Below, piece after piece: positions 46,388 to 54,643 of a stretch of 64,000 nt of DNA. The stretch lies in contig JBAZKE010000001.1 in assembly GCA_041650915.1 (NCBI GenBank), positions 446,136 to 510,135 of the forward strand, in the 5' to 3' direction. A program made the translations under genes and the position numbers. Every line of letters begins with the position of its first letter. Within the stretch, counting starts at the first letter, position 1. This DNA comes from Patescibacteria group bacterium (GTDB lineage: Bacteria > Patescibacteriota > Patescibacteriia > UBA10025 > JAHIVO01). The notes under the pieces are model-generated. The model was not told where the DNA came from. It ran no database searches and saw nothing but the letters and a program-made list of their open reading frames with translations.

Positions 46388-46558
46388 ATGTTTCCGACAA
46401 AAATCACGAGAAAGCTTTTCCAGACCGGGAAGTACAGTTACGTAATTACGCTTCCGAAAGATTTAATCCGCCATCTTGGATGGCAACGCGGTGATACGGT
46501 TGAGGTTGATTTTGACAGGTCAAAAAGCCGTATGATCATCAAGAAGTTTAAATTTTAG
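46388..46558 (+). CDS. AbrB/MazE/SpoVT-family DNA-binding protein (56 aa)
   Basis: manually translated MFPTKITRKLFQTGKYSYVITLPKDLIRHLGWQRGDTVEV...; below the ORF-track length cutoff; TTGACA-N17-TATACT at 46317-46345. Confidence 0.85.
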   Translation: MFPTKITRKLFQTGKYSYVITLPKDLIRHLGWQRGDTVEVDFDRSKSRMIIKKFKF

Positions 46559-46561
46559 CTT

Positions 46562-47029
46562 ATGCGCATCAGCATCATTGCTGTCGGCGCGATCAAGGAA
46601 GCGTATTGGACTGATGCGATTGGGGAATACTTGAAGCGCCTCAAGCCGTTCGCACGGGTTGATATTAGGGAAGTTAGCGCAGCGCATTTCCGATCAAAAC
46701 GCGAGGGAAAAAATGCGCTAATGCAGGAAAGTGAAAGGCTGCTCAGTGTTGTTCCGAAGCAGTGTTTTGGCATTGCGCTCGATCTGCATGGCAAACGCTA
46801 CGATTCAGAGGAATTTGCGCGGGAATTGCAAGCTTGGACGTCAGCAGGGCAGCACTTGGCGTTTTTTATCGGAGGACCACTCGGTCTAAGCGGGGAGGTG
46901 CAAAAAAGAGCGCACGCGAAGCTTTCACTGTCCTCACTAACTTTTACCCACCAAATGGCCCGCGTGATTTTGCTCGAGCAGATTTACAGGGCTATCACTA
47001 TTCAAAAAGGGAAAACGTACCACTATTGA
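46562..47029 (+). CDS. rlmH: 23S rRNA m3Psi1915 methyltransferase
   Basis: IIAVG..EYLKRL, FFIGGPLG, LSLSSLTFTHQMARVILLEQIYRA..YH. Confidence 0.95.
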   Translation: MRISIIAVGAIKEAYWTDAIGEYLKRLKPFARVDIREVSAAHFRSKREGKNALMQESERLLSVVPKQCFGIALDLHGKRYDSEEFARELQAWTSAGQHLAFFIGGPLGLSGEVQKRAHAKLSLSSLTFTHQMARVILLEQIYRAITIQKGKTYHY

Positions 47030-47163
47030 TGAAGCTGAGATTGTGGCAACCAATGGGCGGCCGCGGATTTTATTGGTTTGCAGCTAGTTTTAAACGTCTC
47101 GTGAGTTCACAAATCAAAACCCCCTCGCTACCGAGTTGAGGGGATCCTGATTTGATTTGTATC

Positions 47164-47844
47164 CTAGGAAGTTGGTACGTTTTCGCTATTACAGTATTCT
47201 AGTGCCCAGCCAGGCAGCGGATCATTGCGCCTGTTTGTTGCAATAAAAGAATTATCAGCCGGATCGATCACCACTTCATTTACGAATTTACCTGCCTCGA
47301 AAAACTTAAATTTTTTTGTCATTGTGCCTTCGGCAGGTCCATTAGGGTCTTCGCCCTGTTTGGTAATTGTGTTGAGCTCAATTTCAACCTGGCGATCATT
47401 GCTGAGTTCCTCTCGCTGGTACGTGGTGGTTTCCCATTCCCGGCCTCTGCCCGGACCCGCGTTTAAACTGCCAGTGGCGATTGTTAAACCGCCCTCATAC
47501 TTGTAGGTTATCTTCGTATCACTTTCTTTTCCTGGCATCGGTTTTTGTGTTCGAACTTCAGCCAGCCTGTCTTGCCCGTCATAGACCGCAGTCCGCTGCC
47601 AGTCGCTTCCTTCGCTTGCTTCGCGCCGGTAAGTTTCCTTGCCCGCTGCGTCTTTAATCACATGCCGGTAAACGCCGTCTGCAGGCGCCTCCGGCACTTT
47701 GTTTTGTTCAAACTCAGGCGGGTCAAATTCAACCGAACCGCCTTTCGGTGCTTCAGGCGGATTCATCAGCTCAAATGCTGTTTCAGGCTCGCTGGATGCG
47801 GTCCAATCTGCGTTCTCTTTTACTTCGTCGCCTTGTTCATTCAT
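47164..47844 (-). CDS. hypothetical acidic protein
   Basis: 226-aa ORF with AT-rich upstream promoter region and a hairpin after the stop. Confidence 0.65.
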   Translation of the reverse strand: MNEQGDEVKENADWTASSEPETAFELMNPPEAPKGGSVEFDPPEFEQNKVPEAPADGVYRHVIKDAAGKETYRREASEGSDWQRTAVYDGQDRLAEVRTQKPMPGKESDTKITYKYEGGLTIATGSLNAGPGRGREWETTTYQREELSNDRQVEIELNTITKQGEDPNGPAEGTMTKKFKFFEAGKFVNEVVIDPADNSFIATNRRNDPLPGWALEYCNSENVPTS

Positions 47845-47922
47845 ATTTTTTTCTTTAATAAATAATTTTTACATTATTAGTTAAAAGTACTCCCAATTTC
47901 ATTGATTTGTCAATAAAAAACT

Positions 47923-48039
47923 GGGGCGAAACTTCAAGAAGACTTGGGGCCCCTTCCCTGAAACAAGTGCACGGCCGGGGCGAAACTTCAAGAAGACTTG
48001 GGGCCCCTTCCCTGAAACAAGTGCACGGCCGGGGCGAAA
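47923..48039. repeat. 54-bp tandem direct repeat (2 copies plus 9 bp)
   Basis: GGGGCGAAACTTCAAGAAGACTTGGGGCCCCTTCCCTGAAACAAGTGCACGGCC at 47923 and 47977. Confidence 0.92.
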
Positions 48040-48078
48040 GTGCAACAGAGTTGACGGGTCCCTCGCCAGGTCTCGGGA

Positions 48079-48123
48079 CGAAAGTGCAACAGAGTTGCAC
48101 TTTCGGTTATTATTCGGTATACT
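48079..48123 (+). promoter_or_regulatory. 12-bp perfect palindrome overlapping the -35 box of the dinB-cassette promoter
   Basis: CGAAAGTGCAAC-AGA-GTTGCACTTTCG (48079-48105); TTGCAC-N17-TATACT. Confidence 0.65.
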
Positions 48124-48132
48124 GAATATCGT

Positions 48133-48387
48133 ATGTATGTGGATAAAGTACAGGAGACAGTACGCGTTTTTGCGGACTTTTCAGGCACTCAGGTCAGGCC
48201 AGTGGCGTTTATTCGCTCCACAGGCCGGCGTTATGATATCAAGCGCGTTAATCTGGTGTACCAAAAAAGGGTGGGAGATAGGTACCACTGGTGTTTTGCG
48301 TGTTCGGACGAGGCAAATACGTATGTTTTGTTTTACGATCCGGAAAATTTGCAATGGACCTTGCGCGAGGTTCAAATGGAGGGTTGA
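48133..48387 (+). CDS. small Y-family polymerase-associated protein
   Basis: 84 aa, P..F...GRRY.I..V....F...Y.L.Y....W.L pattern; stop abuts the dinB start. Confidence 0.75.
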   Translation: MYVDKVQETVRVFADFSGTQVRPVAFIRSTGRRYDIKRVNLVYQKRVGDRYHWCFACSDEANTYVLFYDPENLQWTLREVQMEG

Positions 48388-49680
48388 ATGAGCAGTGAGT
48401 TTTGGGAGTTGGGTAGCGATAACCGGGAAAGTATGCAAAGGGTAATGCTTCATTTTGACATGAATTCGTACTTCGCGTCCGTTGAACAACAGGCGAATCC
48501 GTTTTTGCGAGGAAAGCCGGTTGGCGTATGTTCCACGATGTCCCGCAGAGGATGCATTATTGCCTCGTCAAGAGAGGCAAAAGCGTTTGGCATTAAGACC
48601 GGCTGCCGGGTAAATGAAGCGCTGGAACTGTATCCACAAGTGAACCTCGTGGAAGTTGACCCGCCGAAGTACCGTTCAACCACCAAGCGCATTTTTTCCA
48701 TTTGTGCTGATTATACCGAGGATATTGAGGCGTATTCAATTGACGAGGCGTTCTTGGATTTGACTGGCTCTGTTGAGTCGTTTGATAGAGCTCTCGGGAT
48801 CGCGAAGACAATCCAGCGGCGCATCCGGGACGAGGTTGGGGAGTGGCTCACGTGTTCCATGGGCATTACGTGGACGCGCTGGCTTGCGAAATTCGCGAGC
48901 GATACCGCACCGAAAGGCGGGATCGTCGTTTTAACGAGAGAGAGCCTTTTCCAGTATTTGCAGGGCCGTGATTTGCAGGATGCGTGGGGAATCGCGGACG
49001 CGATGGAGGCGAGGCTCAATATACTCGGCATCCGTACGCTCGACCAGCTTGCCGTTTATCCGGTGCAAAATTTAATGTCTGTAATGGGTAAGGCGGGTTA
49101 CTATCTGTGGGCAAACGTCAACGGCATTGAACTCGGCGGCTTGGAGGTGAAGCGTCCGCCAAAGACCATCGGCCACAGCCACGTACTCAAGAAGCGCGAT
49201 TTGGACCGCACGTTTCACATGGCAGTGCTCATGCGCCTCGCTGAGCGGACCGGCAGGCGATTGCGCGGGCATGGGTATGAGGCGCACGGGTTCTACTACT
49301 ACGTGCAGTTTGATGAGCGGCCGAGCTGCGGCGGCAGCCGGCGCGTGCATCATCCGATCGTGACGACAAACCAGATTTTCAGGCTCGTATGGAAAGAGAT
49401 CGCTCCGGTGGTTGCAAAGGACAAGCCGGGCATGTTTGCGCTCGGGCTTTTCGGCTTGCAGCCGCGCGCCGACCAGCTCTCCCTGTTTCGGCACGAACGG
49501 CTTTCCCCCGAGCTGTCGAGAGCGATTGATGAGATCAATAGCCGTTACGGCGAGGAGACGATCGTGCAGGGGCCGCTTTTGAAGCTAGAAAAAATGCACG
49601 CCCCAGATCGGGTAGGATTCCGCAAGACCATGGAAGCTGAGTTCAGCGGAGCGGCCGAGCTGCAGTACGGGGGAGGGTAG
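48388..49680 (+). CDS. dinB: Y-family DNA polymerase (Pol IV/DinB-like)
   Basis: HFDMNSYFASVEQ, SREAKAFGIKTG, YSIDEAFLD, QLSLF clamp-binding motif. Confidence 0.92.
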   Translation: MSSEFWELGSDNRESMQRVMLHFDMNSYFASVEQQANPFLRGKPVGVCSTMSRRGCIIASSREAKAFGIKTGCRVNEALELYPQVNLVEVDPPKYRSTTKRIFSICADYTEDIEAYSIDEAFLDLTGSVESFDRALGIAKTIQRRIRDEVGEWLTCSMGITWTRWLAKFASDTAPKGGIVVLTRESLFQYLQGRDLQDAWGIADAMEARLNILGIRTLDQLAVYPVQNLMSVMGKAGYYLWANVNGIELGGLEVKRPPKTIGHSHVLKKRDLDRTFHMAVLMRLAERTGRRLRGHGYEAHGFYYYVQFDERPSCGGSRRVHHPIVTTNQIFRLVWKEIAPVVAKDKPGMFALGLFGLQPRADQLSLFRHERLSPELSRAIDEINSRYGEETIVQGPLLKLEKMHAPDRVGFRKTMEAEFSGAAELQYGGG

Positions 49681-49714
49681 TTGCAAGATTGAGCGCTTGG
49701 TGTATAGTATGTAT

Positions 49715-49822
49715 ATGTCATTTCAAAGAGCGCAATTTAACTGCTGGGACGCTACCCACTCCACTGGGTAGTATTGCGCTGTCACAGTGAATAAAGCGTA
49801 CTGCCCGGTGAGGCAGTTTTTT
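49715..49822 (+). promoter_or_regulatory. Trp attenuator: leader MSFQRAQFNCWDATHSTG (49715-49771) with antiterminator and terminator
   Basis: TTGCAA-N16-TATAGT promoter; TGG at 49745 just before the 1:2 stem CTACCCA/TGGGTAG; 2:3 GGGTAGTA/TACTGCCC; 3:4 ACTGCC/GGCAGT plus T6. Confidence 0.75.
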
Positions 49823-49923
49823 AATTATGGGCTACTATCTATTTTTCAATCGATGTACCGAACGTTGGCACCGCTGGTGTCGTCGTGTTGTGAGTGGTAC
49901 AGAATCAATAATAGACAATAGCT

Positions 49924-51135
49924 ATGAAATCAATAACATCACACAAGAAATTTCCCGACGCAATGGGTTTTTTTGGGAAGTACGGAGGGCAGGACGTGCC
50001 GCCTCCGCTTGTAGAAGAGCTGGGCAGGATCGCCAGTGCGTACCGAGAAGCCATGCAGGATAAATCGTTCGTCGAAGAGTATGTTTCTTTGCTTACAAAC
50101 TACGTTGGACGCCCGTCACCGCTGTATTTTGCAAGGAACTTGACTAACATGCTTGGCGGGGCAATGATCTACCTTAAACGTGAAGATCTGAATCATACCG
50201 GCGCGCATAAGATCAACCACACGCTCGGTGAAGCGCTCCTCGCAAAGCGCATGGGCAAGAAGAAACTCCTCGCCGAAACCGGCGCTGGCCAGCACGGCGT
50301 AGCGCTCGCAACTGCCGCGACAATTGTCGGCATCGATTGCGAAATTCATATCGGAGCGATCGATTACGCCAAGCAGCACCCAAATGTAGTGCGCATGAAG
50401 CTGCTCGGTGCGAACGTGGTCAAGGTGGAATCCGGAGGCCGTTGCCTGAAGGATGCCGTGGATAGCGCATTCCAAACATACATTCAGAATATGGATACTG
50501 TATTTTTTGGGATCGGCTCGGTGGTTGGGCCGCATCCGTACCCGATGATTATCCGTGATTTCCAGTCAGTCGTCGGCCGGGAGGCACGCGAACAGATTCT
50601 AAAACAGCGCGGCACGCTGCCAGACTGCCTTATTGCGTGCGTCGGCGGCGGCTCAAATGCGATCGGTTTGTTCCATGAATTCCTCGACGACCCGGTGCAG
50701 ATGGTTGGAGTCGAACCGAGCGGACGGGGCCTTACGAAGCTCGGCGAGCATGCCGCGACGCTGACTCTCGGCAAGCCCGGCTACATCCACGGCATGTTTA
50801 CCTACTTGCTACAAAATGACAAAGGAGAGCCGGCCCCGGTCCACTCGATCGCATCAGGGCTCGATTACCCCGGTGTCGGGCCGGCGCATGCAAACTTTAA
50901 GGATAGCAAACGTGTCGAGTACGTTACCGCAAGCGACGAGGAGGCGCTCTCGGCATTCCGTCTGCTCTCTCAGTTGGAAGGCATCATTCCCGCGCTCGAG
51001 AGCGCGCACGCCATCGCCGAGGTCGTTAAGCGTGCGCCGCGTATGCCGAAGACGCAGAGTATCATCGTCAACTTGTCAGGCAGGGGAGACAAAGACGTCG
51101 ATTTCGTTGCGGAACGCATCGGTTTAACGATGTAG
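49924..51135 (+). CDS. trpB: tryptophan synthase beta subunit (stand-alone)
   Basis: KREDLNHTGAHKIN, AETGAGQHG, CVGGGSNA, GLDYPGVGP, NLSGRGDKD. Confidence 0.96.
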   Translation: MKSITSHKKFPDAMGFFGKYGGQDVPPPLVEELGRIASAYREAMQDKSFVEEYVSLLTNYVGRPSPLYFARNLTNMLGGAMIYLKREDLNHTGAHKINHTLGEALLAKRMGKKKLLAETGAGQHGVALATAATIVGIDCEIHIGAIDYAKQHPNVVRMKLLGANVVKVESGGRCLKDAVDSAFQTYIQNMDTVFFGIGSVVGPHPYPMIIRDFQSVVGREAREQILKQRGTLPDCLIACVGGGSNAIGLFHEFLDDPVQMVGVEPSGRGLTKLGEHAATLTLGKPGYIHGMFTYLLQNDKGEPAPVHSIASGLDYPGVGPAHANFKDSKRVEYVTASDEEALSAFRLLSQLEGIIPALESAHAIAEVVKRAPRMPKTQSIIVNLSGRGDKDVDFVAERIGLTM

Positions 51136-51151
51136 ACAAATGGCAAAACAA

Positions 51152-51182
51152 GGAAGCGGTGCGCTCGAGCGCACCGCTTTCC
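51152..51182. terminator. hairpin between convergent trpB and SRAP genes
   Basis: AAGCGGTGCGC / GCGCACCGCTT. Confidence 0.75.
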
Positions 51183-51199
51183 AGCTGGTAAGATAATGT

Positions 51200-51850
51200 T
51201 TACAGTGGGTTGATTACCTCAGGCAATTCGTTGCGGTAGGAGTTGACGAGCGATGAAACCTCGTACATTTTCATCTGTTTTTCCGGGTACGGCTTGAGCG
51301 CCGAGAGCGCAGCTTCCGGTTCCGCAGACGAATCAATCCAAAGTTGCTCGTACCGGCGTTCGAGTATCGCCGGCATACGGTCGTGAAGTTGTGCGACCAG
51401 GCCGTTTGCTGGAACGGTTATTATGGAGAACGTAGGTATTGCAAGCCCGGCTGTCGTTAGGTACGTTTCCCAGATCCCAGCAAATGCGAATGGTTGTTCA
51501 TTTGAAAGTAAAATGCGGTGGGGGATTTTGGATCCTGTTTTTCTGTTCCACTCAAAAAAGCTGTCCGCAAGCACGAGGCAGCGCCAGCTTTTGACAGTAT
51601 TTCGAAAAGAAGGTTTTTCTCTTATTGTTTCTACGCGCGCATTGATAATGCCTTTTGGATTTTTTTTCATCCACTTCGGGATTAAGCCCCATTTTCCGGG
51701 TACGATGCTTTCCGGATCGGTATTCAAAATAACCGGGAGCTCTTGGGATGGGGCAGCGTTGAAGTGCCGCTTGATGGGCAGCTTGAATCGCGCTTGCCAG
51801 CGTTCTTCTACGATATCGTCTTTTGAGAAAAATGAGTATCGCCCGCACAT
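51200..51850 (-). CDS. SOS response-associated peptidase (SRAP/YedK, abasic-site protection)
   Basis: N-terminal MCGRY, WGLIP, INARVET, FFEW, HDRMP. Confidence 0.93.
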   Translation of the reverse strand: MCGRYSFFSKDDIVEERWQARFKLPIKRHFNAAPSQELPVILNTDPESIVPGKWGLIPKWMKKNPKGIINARVETIREKPSFRNTVKSWRCLVLADSFFEWNRKTGSKIPHRILLSNEQPFAFAGIWETYLTTAGLAIPTFSIITVPANGLVAQLHDRMPAILERRYEQLWIDSSAEPEAALSALKPYPEKQMKMYEVSSLVNSYRNELPEVINPL

Positions 51851-51960
51851 GACTTCAGTATAGTAGATTCGTGTACGTTCGAAAAGCAAATAAAAAACCC
51901 CCTGAAGTTCCGGTTAAGAACCTCAGGGGTTGTACTGGTCGTATCCTTATATTATCCGTG

Positions 51961-53277
51961 CTATCGGCTGGTTTTGGCACGGCGTTTCGAAATCCAGGCA
52001 TCCCAGCCATTGCCTGAGTGCATCCACTCACAGATGTCCGTGGCTACCTGGGTGAGCATGTCGAACGGGAGGTTGGTCGGCATTACGCCAGGCCTTCTGA
52101 ATGTCCCGTTGACCAGGGCAAATCCGATATTGTCGTCGTTTAAGCACTGGCACCACTCTCCGCAGTGCTCGACGATTTCGGGCATTGACAGATCGGCGAA
52201 ACCGGTCGGTACGGAATCCAGGTCAATCCCGTTCGAGATAAGCTGCTCAAGGCGGATAGCAGCGACAATCCACGGAAATTCTATGCAGACCGTATCGCGG
52301 TGCAGCAGGAAGATTCCGATGTTTCCGTTCGGCCGCCCGATGATCAGAACATTGATGCATTTGTTGCGGAATCGGGTGGCAGCGATGAGCCGCCTGTTGT
52401 CACTCTGGTTCTGTCCCGGCGAAATCGCCATGATCCTGAAAACATCCTGCGGACGGCAGTTGTCTCCCGGGCGCATCGCGATCACGTGTTGTTTCTCAAA
52501 GATAGCTTGGGCGGCGAGAAACTGCTCCTGCGAATGCAACGCCGCGTCGAAGAGCGGCTTGATCCACTGGTATGCAGTTTGGTTCGTGCCATCATACGGA
52601 CGGTGCGCACATATAAGCGCGGTGCACTCCGCAGGATCAAACTGGCGTGACGGTTCAGCGATCCCCAGCCTGCTCATCTGCTTTGTCAGCTGCTGCACGA
52701 GCGGATTATTCACTTTAAGGTTTTTCTCCTGCAGCCACCTCGAATACAGATTCCAGATTGGCCGTTTCGCTTGATCGAATACAGGGAATGTAATGGCTAT
52801 ACCTTCCGGTACGGCAGAGCTAGTTGGACAGTACGTCGTTGACTCGCTGAAGTACAGGCTGAAGAAGAAATTCAGCCACTCTTCAATCTGGCACGGCGTC
52901 CATCGGTAGTCATTGAGCAGCTGGACGCACTGGCTGAGGTTGAACGGAATATTGGAGAACGGCTTGCCGTGCTCTTCGATTTTTCGGAGCACGAGGCCGA
53001 CTTTCGCATTCCGGCGAATCCCGAGCTGGTCGGCGATTTCAGCAGCAGGAGAGCAGGTGAATGCCCCGCAGCCGATGCCGATGCGCAATGTGCCATACCT
53101 CTTGAGATAGGTCGCATTGTTCATGCGGTGGATTGTGCCTCCGTCATCGGTATTGATGCAGGCTTGTTCTATCCCTGTAAGCACGCCCGTACCGAAACGC
53201 CGCGCGAGTATAATCGCCATCGCCTCATTGAATGAGATTTCAACGGGCGTACTAATTCCTTGTACCGTGTTTTTCAC
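51961..53277 (-). CDS. hypothetical protein, remote DHH/MYG1-like with degenerate metal motifs
   Basis: AGGAGG SD plus GTG at 53277; NEAMAIILARRFG and IGIGCGAF resemble DE..A..LL..FG and D.GGG.FDHH. Confidence 0.6.
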   Translation of the reverse strand: MKNTVQGISTPVEISFNEAMAIILARRFGTGVLTGIEQACINTDDGGTIHRMNNATYLKRYGTLRIGIGCGAFTCSPAAEIADQLGIRRNAKVGLVLRKIEEHGKPFSNIPFNLSQCVQLLNDYRWTPCQIEEWLNFFFSLYFSESTTYCPTSSAVPEGIAITFPVFDQAKRPIWNLYSRWLQEKNLKVNNPLVQQLTKQMSRLGIAEPSRQFDPAECTALICAHRPYDGTNQTAYQWIKPLFDAALHSQEQFLAAQAIFEKQHVIAMRPGDNCRPQDVFRIMAISPGQNQSDNRRLIAATRFRNKCINVLIIGRPNGNIGIFLLHRDTVCIEFPWIVAAIRLEQLISNGIDLDSVPTGFADLSMPEIVEHCGEWCQCLNDDNIGFALVNGTFRRPGVMPTNLPFDMLTQVATDICEWMHSGNGWDAWISKRRAKTSR

Positions 53278-53517
53278 GTGGTACCTCCTAATCCTTGAGG
53301 AGTTTTTGGTTTCCCGATGTAAATCCTTACCCAACCATAGGATAAGGACCATCGGAGTTTATTAAAGTGCTACGCGAGCTAGCCGCCTACCGTACCAGAA
53401 AAAAGTATTACTGTCAAGTAGAATGCCGGCAAGAATTCAAATTGCTTTTAATCAGGGCTGAAATACATCTGTCTGCGTTTGGATTTTTCATTGAGCTGTA
53501 TTACTATGACAGAGTAT

Positions 53518-54627
53518 ATGAAGACTTCGTGGAAAATTATAATTATTACCTTGTTTACATTACTCATCACCACCACCGCAGGCGCGAGCATTCTTCTCAC
53601 ATACCAGGGCAGGGAGCTCCCGTACGTAGGACGGATCGTTACGGTACCGTTCATTGAGCAGAAACCGGAGAATGTAATTCACTCGATGCAGTCGACAATG
53701 GCAAATCTGCCGCTGGCTCGCTACAATATCAGCATCGATATTTCATCAGTGCCTGAAAAAGATTCATGGGCTGTCCAGTCCGATATTGAGGCAGCGGGCA
53801 GCATGAGTGACACCGGAAATGGCATTGCTTCGATGCGGAGTGCAATTCAAATCGGCGGCATGAGTTTCGTAGCATCGCTCGAGTTTCGGATTGTTGACGG
53901 CATCCATTACTTCCGTTTCAGCGAAGTGCCGGCAATACCTTTTATTGATTTGCAATCCGTATACGGTACCTGGTATACGTGTGGTTCTGACACAAAGTTT
54001 CAGCACGACGAAAATTCGATAGATGCCTCGCTGGTAGATGCATTGGTTAACCAGCCATACCTTGACTCTGTTGAACGGCTGCCCGATGAGACGGTTGACG
54101 GAAAGCGCATGTACCGGTACAGCGTTAAACTCCATGCCGCCGCGATTGAGACCGCCAAAAGGTCTTTACGAGAGATGTTGCCCTTTAGCGGATGGAATGC
54201 AACGGCAGCTCCCAATGCCGTTGATTTTAACCCCATTGAGCTGTGGATCGGCAAAGAGGATTCGGTTTTATACCGCGCTCAGGGATCAGCGGTTTCGAAA
54301 TCAACCAACATATCGTTTGAGCTGCTGACAAGCCATCTCAATGAGGCGGTATTGATCGAGATTCCTGCATCATCTGTGCCTGTATCGACATTTGGGAAGG
54401 ATTTTTTCGGCGGGACGAACGTGCTCGATATTCCGCTTTTCGGGTACCTTGTCGGCATTGACACTGAGGCATTAATTGAGGATACTGACAATGATACCCT
54501 TTACAAAATTTGGGAAAATGCGTTCGGGACGGACGTTGCTGAGCCTGACACGGACGGTGATGGCTTTCTCGACGGGGAAGAGGTTCGCAGCGGTTACGAT
54601 CCGCTCGGGGAAGGATCATTGTTTTAA
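53518..54627 (+). CDS. membrane-anchored protein with C-terminal DxDxDG Ca-binding-like repeats
   Basis: N-terminal TM helix; ETVDG..YRY, ELWIGK; DTDGDGFLDGEEV..GYDPLG. Confidence 0.75.
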   Translation: MKTSWKIIIITLFTLLITTTAGASILLTYQGRELPYVGRIVTVPFIEQKPENVIHSMQSTMANLPLARYNISIDISSVPEKDSWAVQSDIEAAGSMSDTGNGIASMRSAIQIGGMSFVASLEFRIVDGIHYFRFSEVPAIPFIDLQSVYGTWYTCGSDTKFQHDENSIDASLVDALVNQPYLDSVERLPDETVDGKRMYRYSVKLHAAAIETAKRSLREMLPFSGWNATAAPNAVDFNPIELWIGKEDSVLYRAQGSAVSKSTNISFELLTSHLNEAVLIEIPASSVPVSTFGKDFFGGTNVLDIPLFGYLVGIDTEALIEDTDNDTLYKIWENAFGTDVAEPDTDGDGFLDGEEVRSGYDPLGEGSLF

Positions 54628-54643
54628 AAAAAACCTAAGCACT

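Noticed and set aside
46388-46558. MazE-type toxin-antitoxin module
   Set aside because: The downstream gene is rlmH; no PIN/MazF/RelE toxin is adjacent.
47923-48105. Possible mini-CRISPR array
   Set aside because: Units are exact tandem copies with no unique spacers of regular length, and no cas genes are in the window.
47855-48125. ORFs on both strands across the 54-bp repeat
   Set aside because: They are open only because the repeat length is a multiple of 3; there are no initiation signals and they overlap promoters.
49827-50063. ORF with Trp codons (ERWHRW) upstream of and overlapping trpB as the trp leader
   Set aside because: It starts after the terminator and runs out of frame into trpB; the 49715 leader fits attenuator geometry better.
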